From: an uncultured Planctomycetia bacterium
GTDB taxonomy: Bacteria > Omnitrophota > Gorgyraeia > Duberdicusellales > 4484-171
Direction of reading: 5' to 3'
DNA: 57,999 nucleotides
Assembly (NCBI GenBank): GCA_964483625.1
Contig: CAZABB010000009.1
Location: 1-57,999, forward strand
Each line of letters opens with the position of its first letter. Position 1 is the first letter of the stretch. The notes beneath the pieces are model-generated. The model had not been told where the DNA came from, did not search any database, and saw nothing but the letters and a program-made list of their open reading frames with translations. The translations under genes and the position numbers were made by a program. Shown here one piece after another: positions 45,227 to 54,478 of the stretch.

Positions 45227-45825
45227 CGATCTATGATCCTTTCGATATCTTGATAGATCTCGGGCAATGACTTCCGGGCCGGTACCACCCTGACCCGATT
45301 CGGATTATTACGGGCAATTGTTTTAAACCCTTTTTTGAGACGCCGGTGGAAATCCAGAGACCGGGCTTCGATACGGTCCTTGGTTTTGATCCTCCGCAAT
45401 CCGCTTTGTATATCGCTGTCGAGGAATAACGTCAGGTCGGGAATATACCCTAAAGAAAAAAGCTTTATGCCTTCAGACGTGATCTGCTTTAGACCCAGCC
45501 CATACCCCTGATAGGCAAGAGTGGAATCAAAAAACCGGTCGCATAATACGACATCATAACGGGTAAGGGCGACGGCGAGTTTCTCTTCGATCAACTGGGT
45601 GCGGGCTGCCAGATAGAGAAGCAATTCGGTATGCGGGCTGACATCATTGCCTTTGCCTAAAAGTATCCGGCGGATCTTCTCACCCGTCTTGGTCGAACCC
45701 GGTTCACGAAAGACCTTAACCCGCAGCTTCTTTTTGCGCAGATATTTCTCAAGATGCTTAAGCACGCTGCTTTTGCCGGAACCTTCCAGACCTTCGATGG
45801 TAATGAATAAGGCTTTTCTTTTCAT
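45190..45825 (-). CDS. tmk: Thymidylate kinase
   Basis: FITIEGLEGSGKS, REPG, CDRF..ST.AYQG and DRIE motifs. Confidence 0.95.
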   Translation of the reverse strand: MKRKALFITIEGLEGSGKSSVLKHLEKYLRKKKLRVKVFREPGSTKTGEKIRRILLGKGNDVSPHTELLLYLAARTQLIEEKLAVALTRYDVVLCDRFFDSTLAYQGYGLGLKQITSEGIKLFSLGYIPDLTLFLDSDIQSGLRRIKTKDRIEARSLDFHRRLKKGFKTIARNNPNRVRVVPARKSLPEIYQDIERIIDRWLNRKRRIRAS

Positions 45826-45835
45826 ATTGTTATAG

Positions 45836-45903
45836 AAGCGGATCCCCGCAGATCTAAACGCGGACTCACGCTGATAATACCCCTGGCAACCTACGCGGTT
45901 GCC
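45836..45903. repeat. CGCAGAT-type repeat arm plus hairpin
   Basis: gcggat..cgcagat..cgcggac..cgctgat; ggcaacc-tacgc-ggttgcc. Confidence 0.45.
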
Positions 45904-45917
45904 AAAAGGTTGAAGCA

Positions 45918-47360
45918 TTATATTCTACGGCGCCAGGTCGTACCGTCCTTGGTATCTTCGAGGATAATCCCCTGCTCAAGGAGTTTTTCGCGTACCCGGT
46001 CGGCTTCTTTAAAATTCTTTTGTTTTTTATACAATACCCGCATCTGGATATGAGCCTCTATCTCTTTTTCTGGCATCTCAAGCGGCTCATCAGTAAAGAA
46101 ATCAAGACAAAATATGCCGGCAATTTCTTGCATAACTTCTAAGGCATGCTTCAGTATGAATTTCTTAAGTTCCCCATCGCTTTCTAATGTCTTATTAAAC
46201 CTGCTTACTAGATCAAACAATACCGCAAGACCCCGAGGCATATTGAAATCATCGTCCATCGCTTCGATAAACTGCTGTCTAAGACCTTCAGCCTCCTTGG
46301 CCCCGCCGCCGGAAACTTCTTTCGTAATATCTACATGCCCATATTGTTGCTGCAGCTTATCGTGAAGAATCTTGATCCGTTCATAGGCCGCTTTGGCTTC
46401 CTCCATCCTCTCGAAAGAAAAATCAATGGAGCTTGCATAATGTGCACCAAGATAAAAAAGTTTCAGGATATCGGCCGGGTATTTTTTCAATACATCTTTC
46501 ACGGTGAAGAAATTGCCCAGCGATTTTGCCATCTTCTGACCGTTAATCGTTAATAACCCGTGGTGGATCCAGTATTTCGCAAACGGTTTACCAGTGAGAG
46601 CTTCGGCTTGAGCGACTTCGTTCTCATGGTGGGGAAAGACCAGATCCAGCCCGCCGCCGTGAATGTCGAGCGTATCTGTCTTTAAATATTTCTGGCTCAT
46701 CACCGAACATTCAATATGCCACCCGGGCCTGCCCCTTCCCCACGGACTCAGCCAGGACGGTTCGTCCTCTTTAACCTCTTTCCAGAGAGCGAAATCAAGA
46801 GGATCTTTTTTACGGGAATCCTTATCGATACGTACCGAATCAATAAGGTCATCGATCTTTTTGCCGGAAAGCTTCCCGTATCCGGTGAGCTTGCGTACGG
46901 AAAAATATACGTTTCCCCCCTCTTGATAGGCAAAGCCCTTAGCGATGAGCTGCTCGATATATGCCTGCATTTCTTTTATGTTCTCGGTCGCGGTAGGCTC
47001 TGAATCGGCCATGGGAAGCTTCATCAATTCTAAGTCTTCATAATAACTGTCGATATACGTAGTACGGACCTTTTCAAACGCATCCTCCAGAGAAATATTT
47101 CGTTCGGCGGTCCATTCCCTGGCGCGGTTAATGATCTTATCATCGACGTCGGTAATATTGCGCACCAGGTTGACCTCATACCCGCGGTATTTCAGGTACC
47201 GGCGGATCACCTCAAACACGTACAGCGACCGGGCATGGCCGATATGACAGTGATCATACACGGTCACCCCGCAGGTATACATATTTACCCCGGGGGCATC
47301 CAGAGGTTTGAAAACCTCTTTTTCTTTGGAAAGTGTATTAAATATTTTTAATTCTGACAT
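45918..47360 (-). CDS. cysS: Cysteine--tRNA ligase
   Basis: CGVTVY..HIGH, DFALWK, GRPGWHIECS and KMAKSLGN motifs. Confidence 0.98.
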   Translation of the reverse strand: MSELKIFNTLSKEKEVFKPLDAPGVNMYTCGVTVYDHCHIGHARSLYVFEVIRRYLKYRGYEVNLVRNITDVDDKIINRAREWTAERNISLEDAFEKVRTTYIDSYYEDLELMKLPMADSEPTATENIKEMQAYIEQLIAKGFAYQEGGNVYFSVRKLTGYGKLSGKKIDDLIDSVRIDKDSRKKDPLDFALWKEVKEDEPSWLSPWGRGRPGWHIECSVMSQKYLKTDTLDIHGGGLDLVFPHHENEVAQAEALTGKPFAKYWIHHGLLTINGQKMAKSLGNFFTVKDVLKKYPADILKLFYLGAHYASSIDFSFERMEEAKAAYERIKILHDKLQQQYGHVDITKEVSGGGAKEAEGLRQQFIEAMDDDFNMPRGLAVLFDLVSRFNKTLESDGELKKFILKHALEVMQEIAGIFCLDFFTDEPLEMPEKEIEAHIQMRVLYKKQKNFKEADRVREKLLEQGIILEDTKDGTTWRRRI

Positions 47361-47875
47361 TTTTTCATCAAAACAGTCGCCATCACCGCCAGAGCATCGA
47401 TCCCGCCTAAGATTTCCAGGTTCTCTTTGGATTTGATCTTGATATTTACATCCTTATTCTTAAGCAGTTTTTTAAGCGACTCGGTCATCTTTTTCTTATG
47501 TGGTGAAAGTCTGGGCCGCTGGGCGATAATGATCACATCGGCATTCAGCAGCCGGTATTTACCTTCGAGCTCCTCCAGGATGCATTTGAGGATTTTTTTA
47601 CTGGAAATACCCTTTGAGCTCTTGCGGCGGGGAGGAAAATGATCCCCGATATCCCCAAGCCCCGCGCCGCCGCATAACGCGTCGCTTACCGCGTGCAAAA
47701 GCACATCCCCGTCGGAAACCGCATCAATACCAAACGGTGCCGGTATGGTTACCCCCGCCAGAATCAGACTCTTTTTGCGGGGATTGAACCGGTGCACGTC
47801 GAATCCGAATCCAACCCGCAACAGATGGTCCGGGTCGAATCTCTCTTTCTTTTTTGAAACCGGTTGTGAGCTCAT
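47348..47875 (-). CDS. ispF: 2-C-methyl-D-erythritol 2,4-cyclodiphosphate synthase
   Basis: GFDVH, SDGDVLLHA and GDIG.HFP motifs. Confidence 0.9.
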   Translation of the reverse strand: MSSQPVSKKKERFDPDHLLRVGFGFDVHRFNPRKKSLILAGVTIPAPFGIDAVSDGDVLLHAVSDALCGGAGLGDIGDHFPPRRKSSKGISSKKILKCILEELEGKYRLLNADVIIIAQRPRLSPHKKKMTESLKKLLKNKDVNIKIKSKENLEILGGIDALAVMATVLMKKCQN

Positions 47876-48540
47876 TGCAACCCCTCTCTCACCAACGCCT
47901 TCGCCACGGCCAGATCGTCAGGATAGGTAATCTTGATATTACAATACTCACCCGCGACGATGCGGACTTTTTGCCCTGAGAGTTCAACCAACTGGGCCTC
48001 ATCATAGACATTTTTCTTCTTAACTTCCCTGAACGCCCGCGTCAACACCTCGCGGGTAAATCCCTGCGGCGTCTGAATAACATAGATGTCTTTTCTCTCG
48101 AGCGAAGCGATAACCGTTTTTCTCTTTACTTTCTTGATCGCCTCTTTCAGTTTGATCCCCGGTATTACCGCCGGATACCGCCGTAAAGCGCCGATCACCT
48201 TTCTTACACATGATGCTGAAACAAACGGACGAGCTCCGTCATGTACCAGAACAGTATCAATTTCGGACCTGAGAGCGCATAGCCCCCGATATACCGAATC
48301 CTGACGTCTCACGCCCCCCTCGACACACATCACCTTATCGTTTTTTATTTTTCTTTTTACCCGGGGCAGGTAAGCTTTCGACACGACAAGAGCGATCTGT
48401 CGTATGTGAGGCATGTTTAAAAAGGCTTCAAGGCTATACCGAAAGAGCTCCTTTTTTTCTATACGTACAAACGCTTTATCTTTTGGGCTCCTTAAGCGTT
48501 TACCTTTACCGGCACAGACAAGAATAACACCTATCTTCAT
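47872..48540 (-). CDS. ispD: 2-C-methyl-D-erythritol 4-phosphate cytidylyltransferase
   Basis: AGKGKR, GG.RQDSV, HDGARP, QTPQ.F and NIKIT motifs. Confidence 0.95.
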   Translation of the reverse strand: MKIGVILVCAGKGKRLRSPKDKAFVRIEKKELFRYSLEAFLNMPHIRQIALVVSKAYLPRVKRKIKNDKVMCVEGGVRRQDSVYRGLCALRSEIDTVLVHDGARPFVSASCVRKVIGALRRYPAVIPGIKLKEAIKKVKRKTVIASLERKDIYVIQTPQGFTREVLTRAFREVKKKNVYDEAQLVELSGQKVRIVAGEYCNIKITYPDDLAVAKALVREGLQ

Positions 48541-48546
48541 ACAACA

Positions 48547-48709
48547 TCACAAGGTCACATGTTTAACTTCAATGTTCAATGCAAATTCAGCAATGAGCAA
48601 TGAAAAATTTGAAGCATGGAGCATATCTCATGTTTTCTGCGTTTTATCACTGCTCAATGATAATTGCCCATTGAGAATTGACAGTTTCTCCATCGTGTAT
48701 CATGTGACC
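48547..48709. repeat. Nested element: short GGTCACATG/CATGTGACC arms outside, CAATG/CATTG heptamer arms inside
   Basis: tcacaaggtcacatg [ttcaatgttcaatg..gcaatgagcaatga / tcactgctcaatgataattgcccattgagaattga] catgtgacc. Confidence 0.7.
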
Positions 48710-48710
48710 A

Positions 48711-49694
48711 TTATTTATCCAGCTTGGTAAACACGATCCTCCCTGATGGAGATTGCAGGACCGAAGTCACCTCCACTTGAGCGACTTTACCGATCAGCCA
48801 TCGGGCATTCTCGACCACGACCATCGTCCCGTCTTCTAAATAGCCGACGGCCTGGTTGGGCTCTTTTCCCTCCTTAACCAGCTTAAGATCCATTTTCTCA
48901 CCCGGCATGAAGATCGGTTTGAGCGCGTTGGTCAAATCGTTGACGTTTAAGACCTTTACCCCTTCCAATTGCGCGATACGGTTTAAATTATAATCGGTCG
49001 TAAGAACTTTCGCGTCGATAAGCTTGGCCAGCCGGACGATCTTGGCATCAACACCTTTCTTGTCTTTGAAATCCTTCTCCTCGATAATCACCTGAATATG
49101 AGGTTCTTTTTTAAGTGAGTGCAGGATTTCAATACCGCGTTTACCGCGCTGACGTTTGATGTGCTCGGTTGAATCGGCCAGCGTTTGTAGCTCGTTTAAC
49201 ACAAACCGCGGCACGATGAAATTAGCATCGATAAACCCGGTTTTCACGATATCGAGGATTCTTCCGTCGATAATACTCGAGGTGTCGATCACGATCGATT
49301 CCTCATTACGATCCTGCCGGTTGAATCTTACATACGGAATTATGAGATAGAATTCCTCACTCGTTTTCAGAGCAAGAATCACACCGAAGTAAATAAACGT
49401 CAACACGAGAAAAAACTTCATCACGTAATTCAAGTTTCCCGGCAGCTGAAAGATATCGATAAGCCGGCCGATTGCCCCTCCGACAACCAACCCCAGGATT
49501 ATCCCGCACACCGCCGCGATAAAGTTTTTCAGCGAAACCCGGTGAGACAGGGCCTCGATACCTACTACAACGACACCGACATACAAGCCCGCCAGAGCAA
49601 ACATGATCGCCTGCTCACCGCCTAAAAGATACCCCGATCCGGCAAACACGAGCACAAAAAGCGCCCGGATGACATTAAGACTGTTCATAAACAC
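48711..49694 (-). CDS. yacL: Membrane PIN/TRAM-domain protein (YacL family)
   Basis: N-terminal TMs; DTSSIIDGRI, RGKRG and GYLEDGTMVVV motifs. Confidence 0.9.
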   Translation of the reverse strand: MFMNSLNVIRALFVLVFAGSGYLLGGEQAIMFALAGLYVGVVVVGIEALSHRVSLKNFIAAVCGIILGLVVGGAIGRLIDIFQLPGNLNYVMKFFLVLTFIYFGVILALKTSEEFYLIIPYVRFNRQDRNEESIVIDTSSIIDGRILDIVKTGFIDANFIVPRFVLNELQTLADSTEHIKRQRGKRGIEILHSLKKEPHIQVIIEEKDFKDKKGVDAKIVRLAKLIDAKVLTTDYNLNRIAQLEGVKVLNVNDLTNALKPIFMPGEKMDLKLVKEGKEPNQAVGYLEDGTMVVVENARWLIGKVAQVEVTSVLQSPSGRIVFTKLDK

Positions 49695-49733
49695 ATACCT
49701 CCTTCAATGATCCCGATATCCATCGGGGAAATT

Positions 49734-49841
49734 GAACCCTGCTCTCTAAGCTGTTTTGCCTTCTAAAGATTCTCATGAGCCGATACCTCTCTCATTATAA
49801 AATCCTCCTACAGAAAACATACTGCATAGAGCGCGGGGTTC
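49734..49841. mobile_element. MITE-like element of about 108 bp (copy 2)
   Basis: gaaccctgctctctaagctgtttt ... ctgcatagagcgcggggttc; same ends as 7008-7111. Confidence 0.6.
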
Positions 49842-49863
49842 TAACATATTAATAAAACTGCCC

Positions 49864-51225
49864 TTATCCCCACAGCAAATCAACCGTTTCCTTCAGACTC
49901 TGCACGGGATTAATTGTAATGTCTCCTCCTTTAAGATCAACTTCTTTGGCACTCTGGGCCGGGACAAACACCTCTTTAAACCCCGCCCGGACAATCTCCC
50001 GCAGACGGGCATTAAGGTTATGGATAGCCCGGATTTCTCCCGCCAGCCCTACCTCTCCCAGAAAAACCGTATCCTTGGTTATGATTTTGTCTTTGTGACT
50101 GGAGAGAATCGCGATGCACGCTCCCAAGTCGGCACTGGGATCGGCAATCCTCAAACCTCCGCTGACGTTTAAGAATACATCCTGGGAAGCGCAGGATACT
50201 TTCAGTCTCTTTTCGATGATCGCGATCAAAAGCGAAAAACGGTTGAAATCAAACCCCAGAGCCCGGCGCCGAACGACGCCGAACGACGCTTTACTTACCA
50301 GAGATTGAAGCTCCAAAACCAGAGGTCTCACTCCCTCGATCACACACACGACCGATGAACCCGCAACCGGCGTCTGATGGTGAGGCAGGAGGATTCCCGA
50401 GAGGCTTTCGGCTTCTTTCAGGCCCCCCTTGGTCATCTCAAACGCCGCAAGTTCCCCGGTCGCACCAAACCGGTTCTTGATTGTACGTAATATCCGGTAA
50501 TAGGATACCACTTCGTTCTCGAAATAGAGCACACAATCGACGATATGTTCCAGGAGTTTGGGACCGGCAATCGCGCCTTCCTTGGTCACATGGCCGACGA
50601 TGAACACGATCAATCCGGTCGTTTTGGCGATCTGAGTGAGAAAATCGGCGCATCCTTTAATCTGAGGCACACTCCCTTTCTGCGCCGGGATCGCCGGATG
50701 GTGGACCACCTGAATGGAATCAATGACAAGAAAATCAAACTTTTCTCTTTCGATATATTCATATACATTATCGAGATTCTCTTCGTTGAAAATATAGAAT
50801 GCTTCCCGATCGATACCTAATCGTTTCGCCCGCAACCCGACCTGTTCGATCGACTCCTCCGCGCTCACATAAAGAACCTTCCCCTGCGAAGTCAGCTTTC
50901 CGGCAACCTCCAAGAGGAGCGTCGATTTCCCTACCCCCGGTTCTCCGCCGATCAACACAACCTCACCCTTGACGAGACCGCCGCCGAGAATCGTATCAAA
51001 TCCGGCCAGGCCCGTCTGAATACGTTCGAGCTGATACTGCGAAACGTCGCTCAAAAGGACCGGTTTGCTTCGCGCGCGGGCGATCGAACGATCTGAGGCG
51101 GAAGTCTTTTTCTCGTTCATCTGCTGAAACGTCTCCCATTGAGCACAGACCGGACATTTCCCCAGCCACTTTACCGATTGATAGCCGCACTCACTGCAAA
51201 TGAATACACTTTGCGTTTTTCCCAT
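49864..51225 (-). CDS. radA: DNA repair protein RadA/Sms
   Basis: C4 zinc finger; GGEPGVGKST, DSIQ and KNRFG motifs. Confidence 0.97.
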   Translation of the reverse strand: MGKTQSVFICSECGYQSVKWLGKCPVCAQWETFQQMNEKKTSASDRSIARARSKPVLLSDVSQYQLERIQTGLAGFDTILGGGLVKGEVVLIGGEPGVGKSTLLLEVAGKLTSQGKVLYVSAEESIEQVGLRAKRLGIDREAFYIFNEENLDNVYEYIEREKFDFLVIDSIQVVHHPAIPAQKGSVPQIKGCADFLTQIAKTTGLIVFIVGHVTKEGAIAGPKLLEHIVDCVLYFENEVVSYYRILRTIKNRFGATGELAAFEMTKGGLKEAESLSGILLPHHQTPVAGSSVVCVIEGVRPLVLELQSLVSKASFGVVRRRALGFDFNRFSLLIAIIEKRLKVSCASQDVFLNVSGGLRIADPSADLGACIAILSSHKDKIITKDTVFLGEVGLAGEIRAIHNLNARLREIVRAGFKEVFVPAQSAKEVDLKGGDITINPVQSLKETVDLLWG

Positions 51226-51342
51226 CGTATCTGTTTTCTACTTACCAATATATAAAAACATACCGGTTCCGCTCTCTCAAAGAAGGAAACAAACCGAATC
51301 CTTTCATCGGGAAGATATTTCGTCCGCTACAAAAAGAGAGCC

Positions 51343-52059
51343 TTAACGTTTCTTTATCGGTTTTGGTTTATGTAAAAGTTTCCAGGGATGGGCTTTGATA
51401 TCCTCAACCAACTCTTCGGTTTTGGTATACAGTGAATCGTCATAAAGAAACTTCCCCAGTGTGCCTTGGCCTTGTCTTACATCACGCACGATTGCCTCAA
51501 AATTATCGGTGATGCTTCGTAAATTTAACACGATATCTTTAAAAGACCCCTTCACTTTCCCATCCTGAACGAACTCGTCAACTTTTACCATCGTTTCGTG
51601 AAAGGAAGACATGATCGTAGCTAAAGGAACCGACGAAACCCCGTCTACGACCTCTCCCGACTTTACATATTCATGAATTTCCTGAGGCGGAATAATTTCC
51701 AGATATTTTTCCCCGAAAAGGCTGAGACTGTTTATGAAAAACTCCGAACCGCGGGGAACCCTGGTTTCCTGCTGGATCTTCGCAGAGACATACACGACCG
51801 GTTTACTCTGGGAGGTATCGATCTCAACCTCCTTGATCTCTCCCACATCGACTCCGGCAATTCGTACCGGAGAAGCCGATTTGATCCCCTCGGCGAAATC
51901 GAACTTAACCGTAATCAGATAGGTTCCCTGCAGAAAAGAAACCTCCTGAATGGAAATCCCGGCGACAAAAAGCAAAAAGACGGCGCCGATGAGAAAGATT
52001 CCCACCCGGATCTCTAACAGATACTTCCGTATATCCAGAATTTTTCTTTTCATCTTCAT
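51343..52059 (-). CDS. mlaD: MlaD / MCE-domain protein
   Basis: TM segment then V.IAGV.VG and GEKYLEI; helical tail with GTLGKF. Confidence 0.88.
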   Translation of the reverse strand: MKMKRKILDIRKYLLEIRVGIFLIGAVFLLFVAGISIQEVSFLQGTYLITVKFDFAEGIKSASPVRIAGVDVGEIKEVEIDTSQSKPVVYVSAKIQQETRVPRGSEFFINSLSLFGEKYLEIIPPQEIHEYVKSGEVVDGVSSVPLATIMSSFHETMVKVDEFVQDGKVKGSFKDIVLNLRSITDNFEAIVRDVRQGQGTLGKFLYDDSLYTKTEELVEDIKAHPWKLLHKPKPIKKR

Positions 52060-52823
52060 ACCTCCATCTCTTTTATCGGCCCGCTCGAGGACCCTTGAAT
52101 GAATTGCACGACGCGCGGATCTTTTACTTTATCGGGATCTTTGACATCTTCCTTGGACCCTTCAAATATTATCTTTCCCTGTAATAAAAAGGCGACTCGC
52201 TGGGCGATCTTTAGGCCCACATCGAGATCGTGGGTAACGACCAGCGTCGTAATCGACAGCCGCTGGTGCAAATCCTGAATAAGATGCACGATTTTATCGA
52301 CCGAAATCGGATCGATCCCCGTCGTCGGCTCGTCATAAATGATGATCTTCGGCCGGTAAATGATCGCCCGGGCGATCGCGACTCTTTTTTTCATACCGCC
52401 GCTTAATTCGTACGGGTGCATGTTCTCCACGCCGTCTAACCCCACCATCTCCAGAGCCGTCAGCACCTTAGGCCTGATTTCTTTTTCTTTCAGGGCCGAA
52501 TGGTGCGTCAGCGCGAACCCAACATTCTGGCCGACGGTCAAAGAATCAAATAACGCGCTGTTTTGAAATACCAGCCCGAACTTAAGGCGTGTCTGGACCA
52601 GCTCTTCCTTATCGAGACGGGCCATATCTTTACCGTCAACAATCACTTTTCCGGTATCCGGATGCACCAGCCCGATCAGATGCCGCAGAAGAACGGTTTT
52701 TCCCGCGCCCGAGCGGCCCAGGATAAGAAACGCTTCCCCGGCTTCAATATTCAGATTGATCTTATCCAGAACTTTTTTCTGTTCGAACGCTTTACAGATG
52801 TTTTTTACTTCAATAAGGCTCAT
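52056..52823 (-). CDS. mlaF: Mla/Mkl-type ABC transporter ATPase
   Basis: GRSGAGKT, FQNSALFDSL, LSGGMKKRV and YDEPTTG motifs. Confidence 0.9.
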   Translation of the reverse strand: MSLIEVKNICKAFEQKKVLDKINLNIEAGEAFLILGRSGAGKTVLLRHLIGLVHPDTGKVIVDGKDMARLDKEELVQTRLKFGLVFQNSALFDSLTVGQNVGFALTHHSALKEKEIRPKVLTALEMVGLDGVENMHPYELSGGMKKRVAIARAIIYRPKIIIYDEPTTGIDPISVDKIVHLIQDLHQRLSITTLVVTHDLDVGLKIAQRVAFLLQGKIIFEGSKEDVKDPDKVKDPRVVQFIQGSSSGPIKEMEV

Positions 52824-53584
52824 ACCAGAACAAAGTAGAATAACGCCGTTAAAATACAGTCGGACATAATAATCAGCAAAAACGACCGGACGACCGCCAT
52901 CTGCACCGCGGTAGAAACATCCGATGACGATTGAGGCCGGAATCCCTCGAACGCGGAAATAAACGCGATGATCGAACCGAAACAAACGCTCTTGATCAAA
53001 CCGCTGACGATATCTTTATACTGCAGGGACTCAAACGTCATCTGAAAATACAGGTTGAACGGGATGGAAAACTTTGCCGCGCCCACCACGTAGCCGCCGA
53101 AAATCCCCAGACATCCTCCGTAAATAACCAGAAGCGGCATGGAAAAAACAAGACTGATGAACTTAGGAACAACCAGGTAATCTACCGGGTTCACCGCAAA
53201 CGCCTCCAGCGCATCGACCTGTTCGGAAATTTTCATTGCTCCGATCCCTGCGGTAATCGCCGCGCCGCTTCGGGCAGCGACAATCAGAGACCCCAAAACC
53301 GGCCCCAGCTCCCGTACCAGAGAAAGACCGACCAGAGAAGAAATGTAGATTTCCGAAGAAAACGTTTTTAAGAACGAGGCCGTCTGGAAGGCAATGATGA
53401 TTCCGACAAAAAAGGAAATCAACGAAACGAGAAAAAAACTGTCCAGGCCGATGGAAACGATCTCCTTCAGTACGATCTTCATGTTCCGCGGCCGGGTAAA
53501 AAGGAAATATATCGTATCTTTGATGAAAATCCCGACGCTGCCGCAATATTTAATCAGCCCTTCAAGCCCTCTTAATAGGTACAT
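52820..53584 (-). CDS. mlaE: MlaE family ABC permease
   Basis: RELGPV, GAMKISEQVDAL and YLVVP motifs. Confidence 0.92.
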   Translation of the reverse strand: MYLLRGLEGLIKYCGSVGIFIKDTIYFLFTRPRNMKIVLKEIVSIGLDSFFLVSLISFFVGIIIAFQTASFLKTFSSEIYISSLVGLSLVRELGPVLGSLIVAARSGAAITAGIGAMKISEQVDALEAFAVNPVDYLVVPKFISLVFSMPLLVIYGGCLGIFGGYVVGAAKFSIPFNLYFQMTFESLQYKDIVSGLIKSVCFGSIIAFISAFEGFRPQSSSDVSTAVQMAVVRSFLLIIMSDCILTALFYFVLV

Positions 53585-53590
53585 ATCGGT

Positions 53591-54478
53591 TTAAAACTCG
53601 CTTTTCTTTTCAAAACCCAGAATAGACTTGTCTTCCTGGACACGATACTTCAAAAACTGATCGCCGCGCACCCGGAACCGCAACTCCGTCCCCAGTTGCC
53701 GCTGAGCGGGGATGCCTGAGGTATCACTGCCCAGCCGTACTCCCAGCCGCGAATTGACGTCACGGCCGAGTCCTTTATCCCCGGCGTCGTTATAAATTCT
53801 CCATTGCCCGACGCTTAAGATTTCTTTCGCGCTGGAACGCAACCCCGCATACAGGCTCTTGAAATCCCCGGCGTTGACGAATCCGTCCAGCAAATACGTC
53901 GTGCCTTCAAGCAATACGACCTCGGAATTGTTGATGCGTAAATTGGGATAATACCCGTTAAAAAATAGCGACGACTCCTTAAATACCAGATCGACGAGCT
54001 TGCCGTCTTTAACAAACAGCTTTCCGCGTAACGCCGGATGATCGAAAGCACCCGCAACGACCACCTCGCCCTTTACCTGACCGCGGAAGTCTTCGGTATC
54101 CATATCCATGTGAACGGTCACGTTCAAGTCAACCTGATTTTTCACATAATCCATTGTACCACGAATCAGGAAATCTTCGCTCTTTGCGTAATTAATAATC
54201 AGCTGACCTTCCTTCTTGATAACTTTCGCTTTAATCGGCGCCAGCATCAGATCGCCCAAAGTGAGATCCCGGATATCCACGTTATAAATGAAATACCCCT
54301 GGCTCCTCGCTACCGACACAGAAGCTTCTCCGCCGAAAGAAGAATCTCCTATTTTAAATTCAGAAAGCAGTACCCGGAAAGAATGTGGAGAGTGGAAATC
54401 AACCGTTATCGTATTGCTAAAAGCATAGGCGTTCAGCGCAATCGCAATACAGGACAGTATTATGATCAGACATCTCAT
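53591..54478 (-). CDS. Hypothetical exported beta-rich protein (possibly AsmA/TamB-like)
   Basis: Signal peptide, beta-strand pattern, P.LRG.L.V.DG motif, C-terminal Phe; ATGA-coupled to clpC. Confidence 0.65.
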   Translation of the reverse strand: MRCLIIILSCIAIALNAYAFSNTITVDFHSPHSFRVLLSEFKIGDSSFGGEASVSVARSQGYFIYNVDIRDLTLGDLMLAPIKAKVIKKEGQLIINYAKSEDFLIRGTMDYVKNQVDLNVTVHMDMDTEDFRGQVKGEVVVAGAFDHPALRGKLFVKDGKLVDLVFKESSLFFNGYYPNLRINNSEVVLLEGTTYLLDGFVNAGDFKSLYAGLRSSAKEILSVGQWRIYNDAGDKGLGRDVNSRLGVRLGSDTSGIPAQRQLGTELRFRVRGDQFLKYRVQEDKSILGFEKKSEF

